Below are positions 50,867-63,877 of a stretch of DNA of 64,000 nucleotides, one piece after another; the stretch's first letter is position 1, and every line of letters begins with the position of its first letter. Origin of the DNA: Eledone cirrhosa (taxonomy: Eukaryota); contig OZ024740.1 in assembly GCA_964016885.1 (NCBI GenBank), positions 378,324,001 to 378,388,000 on the forward strand, in the 5' to 3' direction. The notes beneath the pieces are model-generated. The model was not told where the DNA came from, ran no database searches, and saw nothing but the letters and a program-made list of their open reading frames with translations. A program made the translations under genes and the position numbers.

Positions 50867-52802
50867 TCATCATCATCATCATCATCAACGTTTAACGTCC
50901 GTGTTCCACGCTTGCATGGGTTTGGACGGGGGGTAGTCCCACTTGAGGCAAGAGTGATTGTCTTGCTCACATAGGACTGTCTGGCAGGTTTTCTACAGTT
51001 GGATGCCCTTCCTAACACCAACCACATTTACAGTGTGGGTCTGGGAGGTTTTTACCGTGTTGCCTACACGGCCACATTACAGCGTGGACTGTGTGTTTTT
51101 TTGTCGTGACACCTACACGATCTCATTTGTTTCGGCCTGGATGGTGTGGCACCAACATAACTTTACATAGAACGGGGTGGTGTGGATGGGGTGGGGGTGG
51201 TGGTGGTGGGACGGTATTTTGTTAGAGATGCCTACTGGCTGTAGTAGGTTTTACTATGTATTTAGGTAAGGCGGGTCTTCTCTGTTACTGAGTACCGCCA
51301 AAGGTCTCGGTCCAGTGACATTGTCTTGGAGAGGTGTAAGTGTGTGAGGTCGGAGTTTATCAGCTCGTCCCAGGTTTTTCTAGGTCTGCCTATTCCGTGG
51401 CTACCGTCTATCTTTATTGCCCTGCACTTTGTTATACAGCTATCGACTTTCATGCGCATCACGTGTCCATACCAACATAGCCTTCTCTCGAGTAAACAAC
51501 ATCTGATCCCTCTTATTTCTAATTTTTTCCTTAGTTCGTTTATGCTTTGCCGTTCACGTATATTACTGTTACACATCCAGCGGAGCATGCAAGCTTCGTT
51601 CCTCTCTAGTCTGCGTATATCCTCTGCACACAATGCCCAGGTCTCACTGCCATGCAACATTGCTGTTCGTATGCAGGCATCGTACAACCTGCCTTTCATT
51701 TTTAGGGAGAACCCTTTAGCAGCTAATAGTGGTATAAGCTCTCTAAACTTTTTCCAACCAGTTCTGACTCTAGCTACTGTACTTTCAGAACACCCTCCCC
51801 CACTGCTGATTTTATCACCCAGGTAACGGAAACTGTCCACTATTTCTATAGAACCCTCTGCGCAATTGAAAGAGCTAGTATTTTGTGGGCACTTGCTGCT
51901 ACTTATTGCACCAGAGGACCGGCCACATGTAAAATCTATGTTCTTAGTTAGCTTACCTGTGATCCCACTACATCTTTTATGCACCCATACTTTGCATTTA
52001 GGACATAAAATGGAGTTTCTACCTACGCCTTTCCTACACACCGAGCACGACCATTTCCCAGAAGGGACCGCCGCCTTATTTTCTTTCCTACAAACTAGAA
52101 CTTTAGTCTTAGCCAGGTTAATTTTAAGGCCTTTTGATTCTAGGCCGTGCTTCCATGTTTGGAATTTCTTCTCTAGCTCGGCCATTGATTCCGTTATGAG
52201 TGTCAGGTCGTCTGCTGACTGTTTCTTTATACATGGCTTGTATAGCTCTCACAAGCCATTCGTCAACGCCTAGTTTTCTAAGAGCCCACCAGATAATGGA
52301 GCGGGGGACTCTGTCGAAGGCTTTCTCCAAGTCGACAAAAGCTAAGTAGAGGGGTTTACCTTTAGCTAGGTACTTCTCCTGTAGTTGTCGTACAATGAAA
52401 AGAGCGTCTGTGGTACTTTTGCCTGACACAAACCCGAACTGCATTTCATCTAGATCGATTCTCTCTCTGATTAGTTGCGCTATTACTTTTTCCGTGACCT
52501 TCATGACCTCGTCGATTAATTTAATGCCTCTATAGTTACTCCTATCTAGGGCGTCTCCTTTACCCTTATAACAGTTAACGATGATGCTGCTATGCCAGTC
52601 CTTCGGAACAACCCCATTCTGTACGACTTGGTTAACTATGCGGGTGACCATGGTGTGTCCCACCGTGCCAGATGCCTTCAGCATCTCAGCAACTATTTCC
52701 GAAGGCCCAGCCGCCTTACCCGCCTTCATATCCTTGATTGCCTTACTTATTATACTCCCCTCGACTAACACTGCTGGTCCCTCTATTGGGTCGATATGGG
52801 GG
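50867..52802 (-). mobile_element. RTE family B LINE, 5'-truncated, with ~150-bp internal deletion through the RT core
   Basis: ORFs 52124-52802 and 51262-52185; deletion at ~52214 (TGC microhomology) removes GVHQG through LLY; (CAT)n tail. Confidence 0.95.
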
Positions 52803-52824
52803 TATATATATATATGTATATGCA

Positions 52825-53308
52825 TGTAGGTCACGGAAAAAACAAAACCTGTCAAAGGGCAAGGGAGCTCTTAAGAGTCAATAGCCATCCAAAATCACCG
52901 GGAGAGATGACCCCTTAGCCTTTGTCAAGGCAGAATTCTAGGAGAAGGAAAACTCTGATATAACACCTGCAACCCTGATGGTATCCAATGATGTTGACTT
53001 GTTCTTCTTTTTGGTAAATATCATCTTGGTTAAGAGAGTGGGACTGGCTTTGTGCAGTGCCTTTGCTCACTATAAAAGCTTCACAGCACAGGCATTGCTT
53101 TATATCTGGAGATCTCTCTGCACTTGTCATCACATGGTACCATGGGCCCTGCACTATGTGTCAATAATGGTCACAAGTGTAGTCTTTGTACCAGAGTTTT
53201 CAAGTCGCTGGCTGGACTAAAAAGTCACACTCGTTCAGCTCATCGGTAGGGGTTCTCCTACATGGATATAAAGTAGTGGCCGTACTCGAAAACGAGTTGG
53301 CAGCCACC
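52825..53308 (+). mobile_element. Non-autonomous internally deleted RTE element, copy 2 (5'-truncated)
   Basis: Near-identical to 12250-12731; in a TA-rich tract. Confidence 0.8.
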
Positions 53309-53417
53309 ATATGTATATGCATGTATATATATATATGTATATACATATATATATATATACATATACATACATATATTCATATACATATATATACATACAT
53401 ATATATATATAATATAT

Positions 53418-54684
53418 AAGATCAAAAGATGGTTAAAGGAGTTCCATGTATTTTATTATGCGCATTTCAAAAACAAACATCATCATGCAATAATATTTGT
53501 GTTTTCATCAGATAAAACAGGAGAACATGATATGAAGGCTAAAAAACACTTGTGGATAGTGCAGTTTTAAATCAACATATGAAAAGTAGTTTTAGATTGA
53601 TGTGTGATATTGGGAAAAATATTTTATTTAGAGAGGGGGGGTGGAAAGGATGAAAAAAGGGGAGGAGATGAGAGTGAAGGTGGAGAGGGAGAGATGGGTG
53701 ATAGAGAGAAAGAGATAGTTTTTATAACTGAGAAAGATATATTGTTTTACATAGAGAGGTTGAAAACCGTTGGAAGATAATGTATAAATTAAAAGAATTT
53801 GAAAATTAACGAAGGGAAAAATATGTACGAAGAAGGAGAGGGAGTTAATATGTATTGAGATTAAAAAGTTTGATGATAGAGAGAATAGAATAATGAATTG
53901 CGGATGAATATTCTAACGTCAAAAAGTGTGTGTGTTTACAAGTAATATGGAAATTTGAAAATTAACGAAGAGAAAAAAAATTATTAAGGTTTGTGTATTG
54001 AAGGATTTGAGAAAAATAATGTGAAGTTAAGGTTTGTATATTGAAGGAATTAATAATATGTGCGAAGAAAGAGTTAATATGTATTAAGAATGAGTTAGAT
54101 GATGGGGAGAAAAAAATAATGAGTTAAGGATGAATAATCTGGCGTCAAAACAAATGTATATGTTATGAAGGATTTTACAAGGTGAAAATAGAGTAAGGGT
54201 AATGAGTAAACAAGTATTATAGAGTGTATAATACCCTTTGAAATAAGGTAGGAAGATGGGTATATTTTAAAAGAGGTGTATGTATATGTGCCTTTGAGAA
54301 AAGATTCTAAATTGATAAAGAATTGAATATTAGCTGTATACTTTGTGAAATGTCTTATGGAATTTATGCAAGCAGATAGAAAACAAATCTGATCGTCTAT
54401 TTATTATAGAATCTAGATTAGAGATAATGGTAAATTTTTCATTTAGGCAGAGATTACAGATTTTAGATAGAGAGCTGTTCAAGTATGAAGACGCAGAAGA
54501 AACCTTCTTCCAAAAGATGGTATATTTAAAGTTTTTGTCTTTCAAGGACCATATGAGTTCTGAGAGAGCCGTGTTGGTTCTTTTAAGTTTGTATTTAAAA
54601 GATGAATGATGATTATAGAGATGAGCTTTAAAAGAGGTGGAAGTGGAGCCAAAATAGGTGAAGGAATTGGTGTTAGTTCTAACC
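53418..54684 (-). mobile_element. Penelope-like element 3' fragment: GIY-YIG endonuclease C-terminal part, 3'UTR and hammerhead
   Basis: Open frame ~54668-54330: NSFTYFGSTSTSFKAHLYNHHSSFKYKLKRTNTALSELIWSLKDKNFKYTIFWK..CNLCLNEKFTII..INRRSDLFSICLHK, matching the YIG, FK.R.YNH..SF, C..CL.EK and N.RSE...C.H pattern of PLE endonucleases. Confidence 0.85.
53451..53517 (-). ncRNA. Type I hammerhead ribozyme with palindromic stem III
   Basis: Minus strand TTTTAT-CTGATGA-AAACACAAATATTA..TGATGTTTGTTTTT-GAA-ATGCGCAT-A-ATAAAA. Confidence 0.8.
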
Positions 54685-55116
54685 TGTCATGTTGACTTTG
54701 AGACCCTTTCTTTCTAGTCCCTGCTTCCAAGTTTGGAATTTATTCTCTAGTTCTACCATAGATTCAGCTATAAGTGCGAGGTCATCAGCATACTGGAGTT
54801 CCCATGGGCATCCGGTCTTAAACTCCTCCGTTATTGCCTGCAGGACTATGATGAAAAGAAGGGGGCTAAGATCAGAGCCCTGGTGGACCCCAACCTGTAT
54901 GCTAAATTCCCCGCTATACTCATTGCTAATCCTAACTTTGCTGACTGCTCCCCTATACATAGCTTGTACCGCTTTCACAAGCCATTCATCTACTCCTAGT
55001 TTTCTAAGAGACCACCATATTACAGCACGTGGAACTCTGTCAAAGGCTTTCTCAAGATCGACAAATGCCAAGTAAAGTGGCTTCCTTTTAGCTAGGTACT
55101 TTTCCTGTAACTGCCT
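54685..55116 (-). mobile_element. RTE family A internal RT fragment fused to the Penelope fragment
   Basis: AFVDLEKAFDRV..QYADD..GLKVNMT with no RTE 3' tail; joined directly to PLE sequence at 54684. Confidence 0.9.
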
Positions 55117-55136
55117 ATATGTATGTATATATATAC

Positions 55137-55170
<34 letters not shown>

Positions 55171-55172
<2 letters not shown>

Positions 55173-55567
55173 CATCATCATCATCATCATCATCATTTTA
55201 CGTCCGCTTTTCCCTGCTTGCAAGGGTGGGACAGGAACTGATTCTGGCTTGATTTCTACAGCTGGATGCCCTTCCTAACACCAACCTCATTTACAGTGAG
55301 TGCTGGGTGCTTTTTTGCCGTGGCACCTCCACGACCACTTTACAGAGTGGGCTGGGTGCTTTTTTGCCGTGGCACCTCCACGACCACTTTACAGTGGAAT
55401 GATAGGGGCCCAAGTCCCTATCATCTCATTTCTACAGCTGAGTAAACTGGAGCAATGTGAAATAAAGTGTCTTGCTCAAGGAAACAACACATCACCCGGT
55501 CTGAGAATTGAACTCACAACCTTTCGATTGCAAGGCCAATGCTCTAACCACTAAGCCATGTGCCTCC
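55171..55567 (-). mobile_element. SINE family 1 with internal tandem duplication
   Basis: GCTGGGTGCTTTTTTGCCGTGGCACCTCCACGACCACTTTACAG occurs twice (~55302 and ~55351). Confidence 0.9.
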
Positions 55568-55590
55568 ACATGTATATATATATACATATG

Positions 55591-55628
<38 letters not shown>

Positions 55629-55671
55629 CACATATGTATATATATATACATATATATGTATATATATATAC

Positions 55672-55731
<60 letters not shown>

Positions 55732-55891
55732 GTATATATATATACATATATATGTATATATATATATACATATACATATATATGTATATATATATATACA
55801 TATACATATATATGTACATATATATACATATATATATATGTACATATATATACATATATATATACATATATATATATATACATATATATAC

Positions 55892-55924
<33 letters not shown>

Positions 55925-55958
55925 CATATATATACATATATATATATACATATATATG

Positions 55959-56020
<62 letters not shown>

Positions 56021-56099
56021 CATGTATATGTATATACATATATATATATATATACATATATATGTATATATATGTATATACATATATATATATATACAT

Positions 56100-56368
56100 A
56101 TGTGTTGTTTCCTTGAGCAAGTCACTTTATTCCACATTGCTCCAGTTTACTCAGCTGTAGAAATGAGATGATAGGGACTGGGGTCCATATCATTCCACTG
56201 CAAAGTGGTCGTGGAGGTGCCACGGCAAAAAAGCACCCAGCACTCACTGTAAATGAGGTTGGTGTTAGGAAGGGCATCCAGCTGTAGAAATCAAGCCAGA
56301 ATCAGTTCCCGTCCCACCCTTGCAAGCAGGGAAAAGTGGACGTAAAATGAAATGAATGAATGAATGAA
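56100..56368 (+). mobile_element. SINE family 1, 5'-truncated (no tRNA head)
   Basis: Begins TGTGTTGTTTCCTTGAGC; ends GGACGTAAAATGAAATGAATG. Confidence 0.85.
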
Positions 56369-56439
56369 TATATATGTATATATATGTATATACACATATA
56401 TATATATATATACATATATATGTATATATATGTATATAC

Positions 56440-56470
<31 letters not shown>

Positions 56471-56546
56471 CATATATATATATGTACATATATATATATA
56501 TGTATATACATATATATATATATATACATATATATGTATATATATG

Positions 56547-56600
<54 letters not shown>

Positions 56601-56643
56601 CATATATATATACATATATATATATATATGTATATATATATAC

Positions 56644-56702
<59 letters not shown>

Positions 56703-56842
56703 TATATACATATATATATATATATACATATATATGTATATATATACATATATATGTATATATATATATATACATATATATGTATATATATATATACATA
56801 TATATGTATATATATATATATACATATATATGTATATATATT

Positions 56843-56892
<50 letters not shown>

Positions 56893-56987
56893 TATGTATA
56901 TATATATACATATATATGTATATATATATATATATACATATATATGTATATATATATATATACATATATATATGTATATATATATAC

Positions 56988-57018
<31 letters not shown>

Positions 57019-57081
57019 CATATATATATATGTATACATATATATATATATACATATATATATGTATATATATATATATAC

Positions 57082-57328
57082 GAAGGGCATCCAGCTGTAG
57101 AAAACCCGCCAGACAGTCCACGCTGTAATGTGGCCGTGTAGGCAACACGGTAAAAACCTCCCAGCCCCACACTGTAAATGTGGTTGGTGTTAGGAAGGGC
57201 ATCCAACTGTAGAAAACCTGCCAGACCGTCCTATGCGAGCAAGACAACCACTCTTGCCTCAAGTCGGAAAACCCCCGTCCAAACCCATGCAAGCGTGGAA
57301 CACGGACGCTAAACCTGATGATGATGAT
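57082..57328 (+). mobile_element. RTE family B 3'UTR-only insertion
   Basis: Matches 59485-59730; (GAT)n tail; inside the TA array. Confidence 0.85.
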
Positions 57329-57484
57329 ACATATATATATATGTATACATATATATATGTATATATATATATATACATATATATATATACATATATATAT
57401 ATGTATACATATATATATATATACATATATATATATGTATATATATATATATACATATATATATATACATATATATATGTATAC

Positions 57485-57521
<37 letters not shown>

Positions 57522-57550
57522 CATATATATGTATATACATATATATATAT

Positions 57551-59719
57551 CCCCCACATCGACCCAATAGAGGGACCAGCAGTGTTAGTCGAGGGTAGTA
57601 TAATAAGTAAGGCAATCAAAGATATGAAGACGGGTAAGGCGGCTGGGCCTTCGGAAATAGTTGCCGAGATGCTGAAGGCATCTGGTACGGTGGGACACAC
57701 CATGGTCACCCGGATAGTTAACCAAGTCGTAGAGAATGGGGTTGTTCCGAAGGACTGGCGTAGCAGCATCATCGTTAACTGTTATAAGGGTAAAGGAGAT
57801 GCCCTAGATAGGAGTAACTATTAAATTAATCGACCAGGTCATGGACGTCACGGAAAAAGTAATAGTGCAACTAATCAGAGAGAGAATTGATCTAGATGAA
57901 ATGCAGTTCGGGTTTGTGTCAAGAAAAAGTACCACAGATGCTCTTTTCATTGTACGACAACTACAGGAGAAGTACCTAGCTAAAAGTAAACCCCTATACT
58001 TAGCTTTTGTCGACTTGGAGAAAGCCTTCGACAGAGTCCCCCGTTCCATTATCTGGTGGGCTCTTAGAAAACTAGGTGTTGATGAATGGCTTGTGAGAGC
58101 TATACAAGCCATGTATAAAGAAACAGTCAGCAAGGTTAGAATTAACAACGAATATAGTGAAGAGTTTAGCGTAAAAGTTGGCGTCCATCAGGGCTCTGTT
58201 CTCAGCCCCCTACTATTTATTATTGCCCTTCAGGCTATAACAGAGGATTTCAAGACCGGTTGCCCATGGGAACTCCTATACGCAGATGACCTGACACTCA
58301 TAGCTGAATCAATGGCCGAGCGAGAGAAGAAATTCCAAACATGGAAGCACGGCCTAGAATCAAAAGGCCTTAAAATTAACCTGGCTAAGACTAAAGTTCT
58401 AGTTTGTAAGAAAGAAATTAAGGCGGCGGTCCCTTCTGGGAAGTGGCTATGCTCAGTGTGTAGGAAAGGCGTAGGTAGAAACTCCATTTTGTGTCCCAAA
58501 TGCAAAGTTTGGGTGCATAAAAGATGTAGTGGGATCACAGGTAAGCTAACTAAGAACATAGATTTTACATGTGGCTGGTGCTCTCGTGCAATAAGTAGCA
58601 GCAAGTGCCCACAAAATACTAGCTCTTTCAACTGCGCAGAGGGTCCTATAGAAATAGTGGACAGCTACCGTTACCTGGGTGACAAAATCAGCAGTGGGGG
58701 AGGGTGTTCTGAAAGTACAGTAGCTAGAGTCAGAACTGGATGGAAAACTTTCAGAGAGCTTATACCACTATTAGCCGCTAACGGGTTCTCCCTAAAAATG
58801 AAAGGCAGGTTGTACGATGCCTGCATACGAACAGCAATGTTGCATGGCAGTGAGACCTGGGCATTGTGTGCAGAGGATATACGCAGACTAGAGAGAAACG
58901 AAGCTTGCATGCTCTGCTGGATGTGTAATAGTAATATACGTGAACGGCAAAGCATAAACGAACTCAGGAAAAAATTAGAAATAAGAGGGATCAGATGTTG
59001 TTTACTCGAGAGAAGGCTACGTTGGTATGGTCACGTGATGCGCATGAAAGACGATAGCTGTATAACAAAGTGCAGGGCAATAAAGATAGACGGTAGCCAC
59101 GGAATAGGCAGACCCAGAAAGACCTGGGACGAGCTGATAAATTCCGACCTCACACACTTACACCTCACCAAGACAATGTCACTGGACCGAGACCTTTGGC
59201 GGTACTCAGTAATAGAGAAGACCCGCCTTACCTAAATATAAAGTAAAACCTACTACAGTCAGTAGGCATCTCTAACAAAATACACCCCCGTCCCACCATC
59301 CCCACCCGATCCACACCGCCCCTTTCAATGTAAAGTTATGTTGGTGCCACAACATCCAGGCTGAAACAAATGAGATCGTGTAGGTGTCACGACAAAAAAA
59401 CACACAGTTCACGCTGTAATGTGGCCGTGTAGGCAACACGGTAAAAACCTCCCAGCCCCACACTGTAAATGTGGTTGGTGTTAGGAAGGGCATCCAGCTG
59501 TAGAAAACCCGCCAGACAGTCCACGCTGTAATGTGGCCGTGTAGGCAACACGGTAAAAACCTCCCAGCCCCACACTGTAAATGTGGTTGGTGTTAGGAAG
59601 GGCATCCAACTGTAGAAAACCTGGCAGATAGTCCTATGCGAGCAAGATAATCACTCTTGCCTCAAGTGGGAAAACCCCCGTCCAAACCCATGCAAGCGTG
59701 GAACACGGACGTTAAACGT

Positions 59720-59764
<45 letters not shown>
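57551..59764 (+). mobile_element. RTE family B LINE, 5'-truncated
   Basis: PHIDPIEG.. start; 464-aa RT ORF 57841-59235; two 3'UTR units; long (GAT)n tail. Confidence 0.95.
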
Positions 59765-59765
<1 letters not shown>

Positions 59766-60184
59766 ATATATATACATATATATATGTATATGTATATATT
59801 TATGTTTATATATATGTATATATATATATGTATATATATATGTATATACATATATATATATATATATGTATATACATATATATATGTATATATATATCTA
59901 TATACATATATATATGTATATATATATGTATATACATATATATATTTATATATATATGTATATACATATATATATATACATATATACATATATATATATA
60001 CACATATATATACATACGTATATACATATATATGTATATACATATGTGCATATATATTCATATACAGAATAAGCTGGTGGCTATTCTTGAAATCGTGATG
60101 CAGCCATCATCCTATCCATATCTATCTATCTATCTATATATAAATAATATATTGTATGTGTGTGTTTGTGTATGTGTGTGTGTG

Positions 60185-60226
<42 letters not shown>

Positions 60227-61058
60227 GTGTGTGTCTGTATTTGTATAAATCTTGTTGCTTTTCATTATAGTCAAGTTCTGAAGACTGCTATTTCTTGATA
60301 AAAAGGATTCAGGTTACTATATTTTGGGATTAACTTAATATAAAGTAGTGCAAGCACAAGTGGGTTTGCTCTACGAAAGTCTGTAAAATGATACCTATGA
60401 AGTATATAGCAGTATATTTCAGTTACACACCTCCATACGTTTATAGTTAAATAATATCCATTTGTAACAACTATATTAAATTCATATTGCTTTTGTTTAA
60501 TTGTTGCATTTTAGACTAAAAACAAACCCATATAGTAAATAATTTTACAAATACAATTTTCTCAAGATTTTAAGAGTTGCTTTATTTTTATATTTTTCGA
60601 CTTTGGCTTTTTTGTTTTGTTTACTGACTAACCAATATGCATAATCATTTCTGACAATCTATTTAATATTGTGTACCTTATTATTATTTTTAGCAAGCAT
60701 AACATTGAAAATCTTTTGAAGAAACTTTATTTTATTAGTGAGAATCACAATAAATTATATTGGTTACTGGTAATTATGTTATTGCTTTTGTCAGGAGGAT
60801 TTAAAATAGGAAATATAAGATCTTGAATTAAATACAAAAAAGAAAAAGAAAATTTTGTCTCAGCCATTTCCACCATCCTTGTTGAGTACAATATTAACCC
60901 CAGCAAAGTTATCCACTCTTGCTGGTTTGAGTATGTTTAAGTTAATGTGCTTTGCTCTTCTATCATGGAGTTATAAATAACAAAAGTGTTTAGCTATGGC
61001 AACTTTGGTAGCTATACTGCTATTGAGGTTTAATTTAAAATAGTAGTTACATGAACTA

Positions 61059-61226
61059 CTGTACTTCCCGCCGTCGAAGACGCTACATTTTTCCTAAAAT
61101 AAGTCTAAAAAATCTACCATGCATCCTGGAGGCCAAAGGTTGTTTATTATTTTTTTTCAAATTTTTGGTTGTGAAAATTAGGGTGCGTCCTCAAGGACGA
61201 AGCACTTTCGGCACCGGGAAATATGG
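61059..61226. mobile_element. Tc1/mariner-pogo (Tc2-like) MITE
   Basis: TA|CTGTACTTCCCG ... CGGGAAATATGG|TA: imperfect TIR with TA TSD. Confidence 0.65.
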
Positions 61227-61402
61227 TACTTTATATATTCAAATGACAATCTTTTGTCTTTGGTTAAATATACAATAAAAGTTAGTCTGGCATAAGAGAT
61301 TTGACTTCAAACCAATAAAAAAATGTTGAGAAAGGATTTTACACTAAAAAATGATTATAAGATGAATTATAAAATCAGTTATAGTTTTGTTTTAAAATAA
61401 TT

Positions 61403-61515
61403 GTTTCTACTTTAGGCACAAGGCCAGCAATTATCCAGTGCATTACTGGTACTTTATTTTATCGACCCTGTAAGGATGAAAAGCAAAGTCAACCTCGGCG
61501 GGATTTGAACTCAGA
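61403..61515 (-). mobile_element. SINE family 2, 5'-truncated, 15-bp TSD
   Basis: TTGTTTTAAAATAAT on both sides. Confidence 0.8.
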
Positions 61516-63664
61516 TTGTTTTAAAATAATAATCATCATCATCACACTAACATATTTACACAGGGGTGTATATATTTTTAAAGTTGGAATGCCTTCTATG
61601 TCCATTGAGAACAAAAATGTTTGTTAATATTTCATTGACTCCATATTCAACATGATTAGCAGCATGAATTATATTTTTTATTCAAAATTGTATTTATCAT
61701 TTGAATGGAAAACAAAAAGAAATCAATTTTTAAAATCAAATGTTTTTTTAAAGAATTTCTAGAAAGCAGATAATTATGAAACAAAACAAAACAAAATTAC
61801 TGAGAATTTCACCCCCTTGATACCAACCCATTGAAAACTACTCATTTTAACAGGTTCATATTTATATCAAAATATTCCATCATAATCTTATATAAAGACC
61901 TTTTGTTAAATTATGTTACAAACACTATCTTAATGAAATAATTAATGATTTTAGTAATTCTTTCCAAATTACTCATTAATTAATTCAAATACAGTGTCAT
62001 TAGAAATATGGTCATGAAAAGGTTAATGTTATCGTTTAGCTTTAGGTCAACCCTGATTGAGCAGACCTGTTCTTGCCATGAACACCTCATTTTTCTCCAG
62101 ACATTGTATATGTAGGAATACATTATCCAGTGTGTCTTAGCTTTTTTAAGACAGTAGGGTGTGATCAGAAGGAGATATGTTTGCTATTTATAGCAGACCA
62201 AGCAACCATATAGAGGCTCCTTAACTGGCTTGAAGAATTCAATGTTTCTTTTGTAGGTGACTAGGTAACTATAACATGTTTGAAAATCACAGACATATTA
62301 AAGAAACTGAAGGGGCTATCATAGTATCGGATGATTAATTTGGAAAGTTAATGTTTATATATGTTATTATAAATAACTTTTCTTCCATCTAGAATATTTT
62401 TAACTATCTAAGTTGGATAAAAAGAGAAAGATAATCAGGAGAGGAAAAATTATTCATGTTTTTCTTTTTAACTTTACTACACTATAACTGATAAGGTGAT
62501 AGTATTTTGTGCTAAACTGATAAGAAGTTAGGTCTATTCATTTCCTAGCTTCAATCATTTGTAAACTTTCTTCCTACTTCTGTTTATCAGTGTCTTTCTG
62601 CCTTCCTTTTTTTACAGTAAGAAATTATGTTATCACATGTATTTCAGAGATCCAAATCTTGTTTCAGGAATGAATAAGATAAAAAGGACATTTTAGTTGA
62701 CTTCAAGATGGCTAAGGTCAGCTAAAAGATAATATTGAATATTGAGGTTAAGGAATTGCTCAATAACCTAAAACATTTTTTATTGGAATTTATCTTAAAT
62801 CTTCTTATATGTTACGTTCTGCATAAATATTTACTATTTAATTAAATGTTTTGTCCAAGAAGCGTTCTAAATTATAATCTGGTTGTATTGGAATCCTGTT
62901 TTTTTTTTCAAACTCAAATTTTCTTAGAATTAAAGAAATATTCATTTGATTGTTTAATTGACTTTTGTATTTTAAGATATTGATAGAGATTCATAAATAT
63001 AGTGAACTGCAAACATTATTCCAAAAACAATATTGCATGTAGAAAACTTAAAACTGTTCAGTGAGTTAATTAATAAACTTGTGAGGAGTGAAAGAATCAA
63101 ATTTTTTAGTCACTTGTCCTTCATACAAGAAAGAAAATATATAGAAGTGTTGATGTTGGTTACATGACTGGGAATAAAAAATAAAATAAAATACGGAGAG
63201 AGTGGGGAAAGGAGAAATTATGTGAATAACATACATAGTGAATGATGAGGGAGAGGAGTAAAGGATAAAAGAGAAATGGTGGATTGGGTCAGTTTATAAC
63301 ATGATCAAGGCCATATAAAATGGAAGGGAGGTAGTGATGGACAAAGTGAAGTGGAAGATAATACTAATAATAGCATAGAGAAAAAGGAAGAGATGAACAG
63401 ATACTTTGAACTCTTTCTTTTCTTATCTATTTTTTCTAGAAAAACCTACTATCAATAATCTGTAATACACCATTATCAAATTATCATATTCTATTCTTCA
63501 CATTACATAAATAACACTTGTAATCAACTTTTAGACATAAAAATTAAAATCAAAATCATTGAAATCAAACTTTACAACTATATTCAAGGTTTATCTTTCA
63601 GAGATATAACTTCACTTATATCTTATAAATCTGTATAAATATGGAAATACACTACACATTTAAA

Positions 63665-63877
63665 TTATCGTTTCTTATATAGGCACAAGGCCATTGATTT
63701 TGGGGGAGGGGAAAGTCGATTAAATCGACCCCAGTGCGTGACAGATACTTTATTTTATCACCCCATAAGGATGAAAGGCAAAGTTAACCTCGGCGGGATT
63801 TGAACACAGACCATAAAGGGGCGTAACTCTATGCTACAAAGCGTGGCATCCGACCCTCTACCGATACTGCCAATCCA
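63665..63877 (-). mobile_element. SINE family 2 (longer variant)
   Basis: Same head and core as 15948, with an extra TTTTGGGGGAGGGGAAAGTCGATTAAATCGACCCC segment. Confidence 0.85.

Larger units (their letters stand above)
55568..57550. repeat. Long compound (TA)n/(TACA)/(TATG) microsatellite array interrupted by SINE and RTE tails
   Basis: Directly visible; source of the spurious YI-rich ORFs. Confidence 0.95.

Noticed and set aside
55492-57824. Long ORFs of YIYI/HIYM type (also 11451, 18226, 50548-50974, 59651-60298)
   Set aside because: Stop-free translations of (TA)n/(TACA)n microsatellites; not protein-coding.
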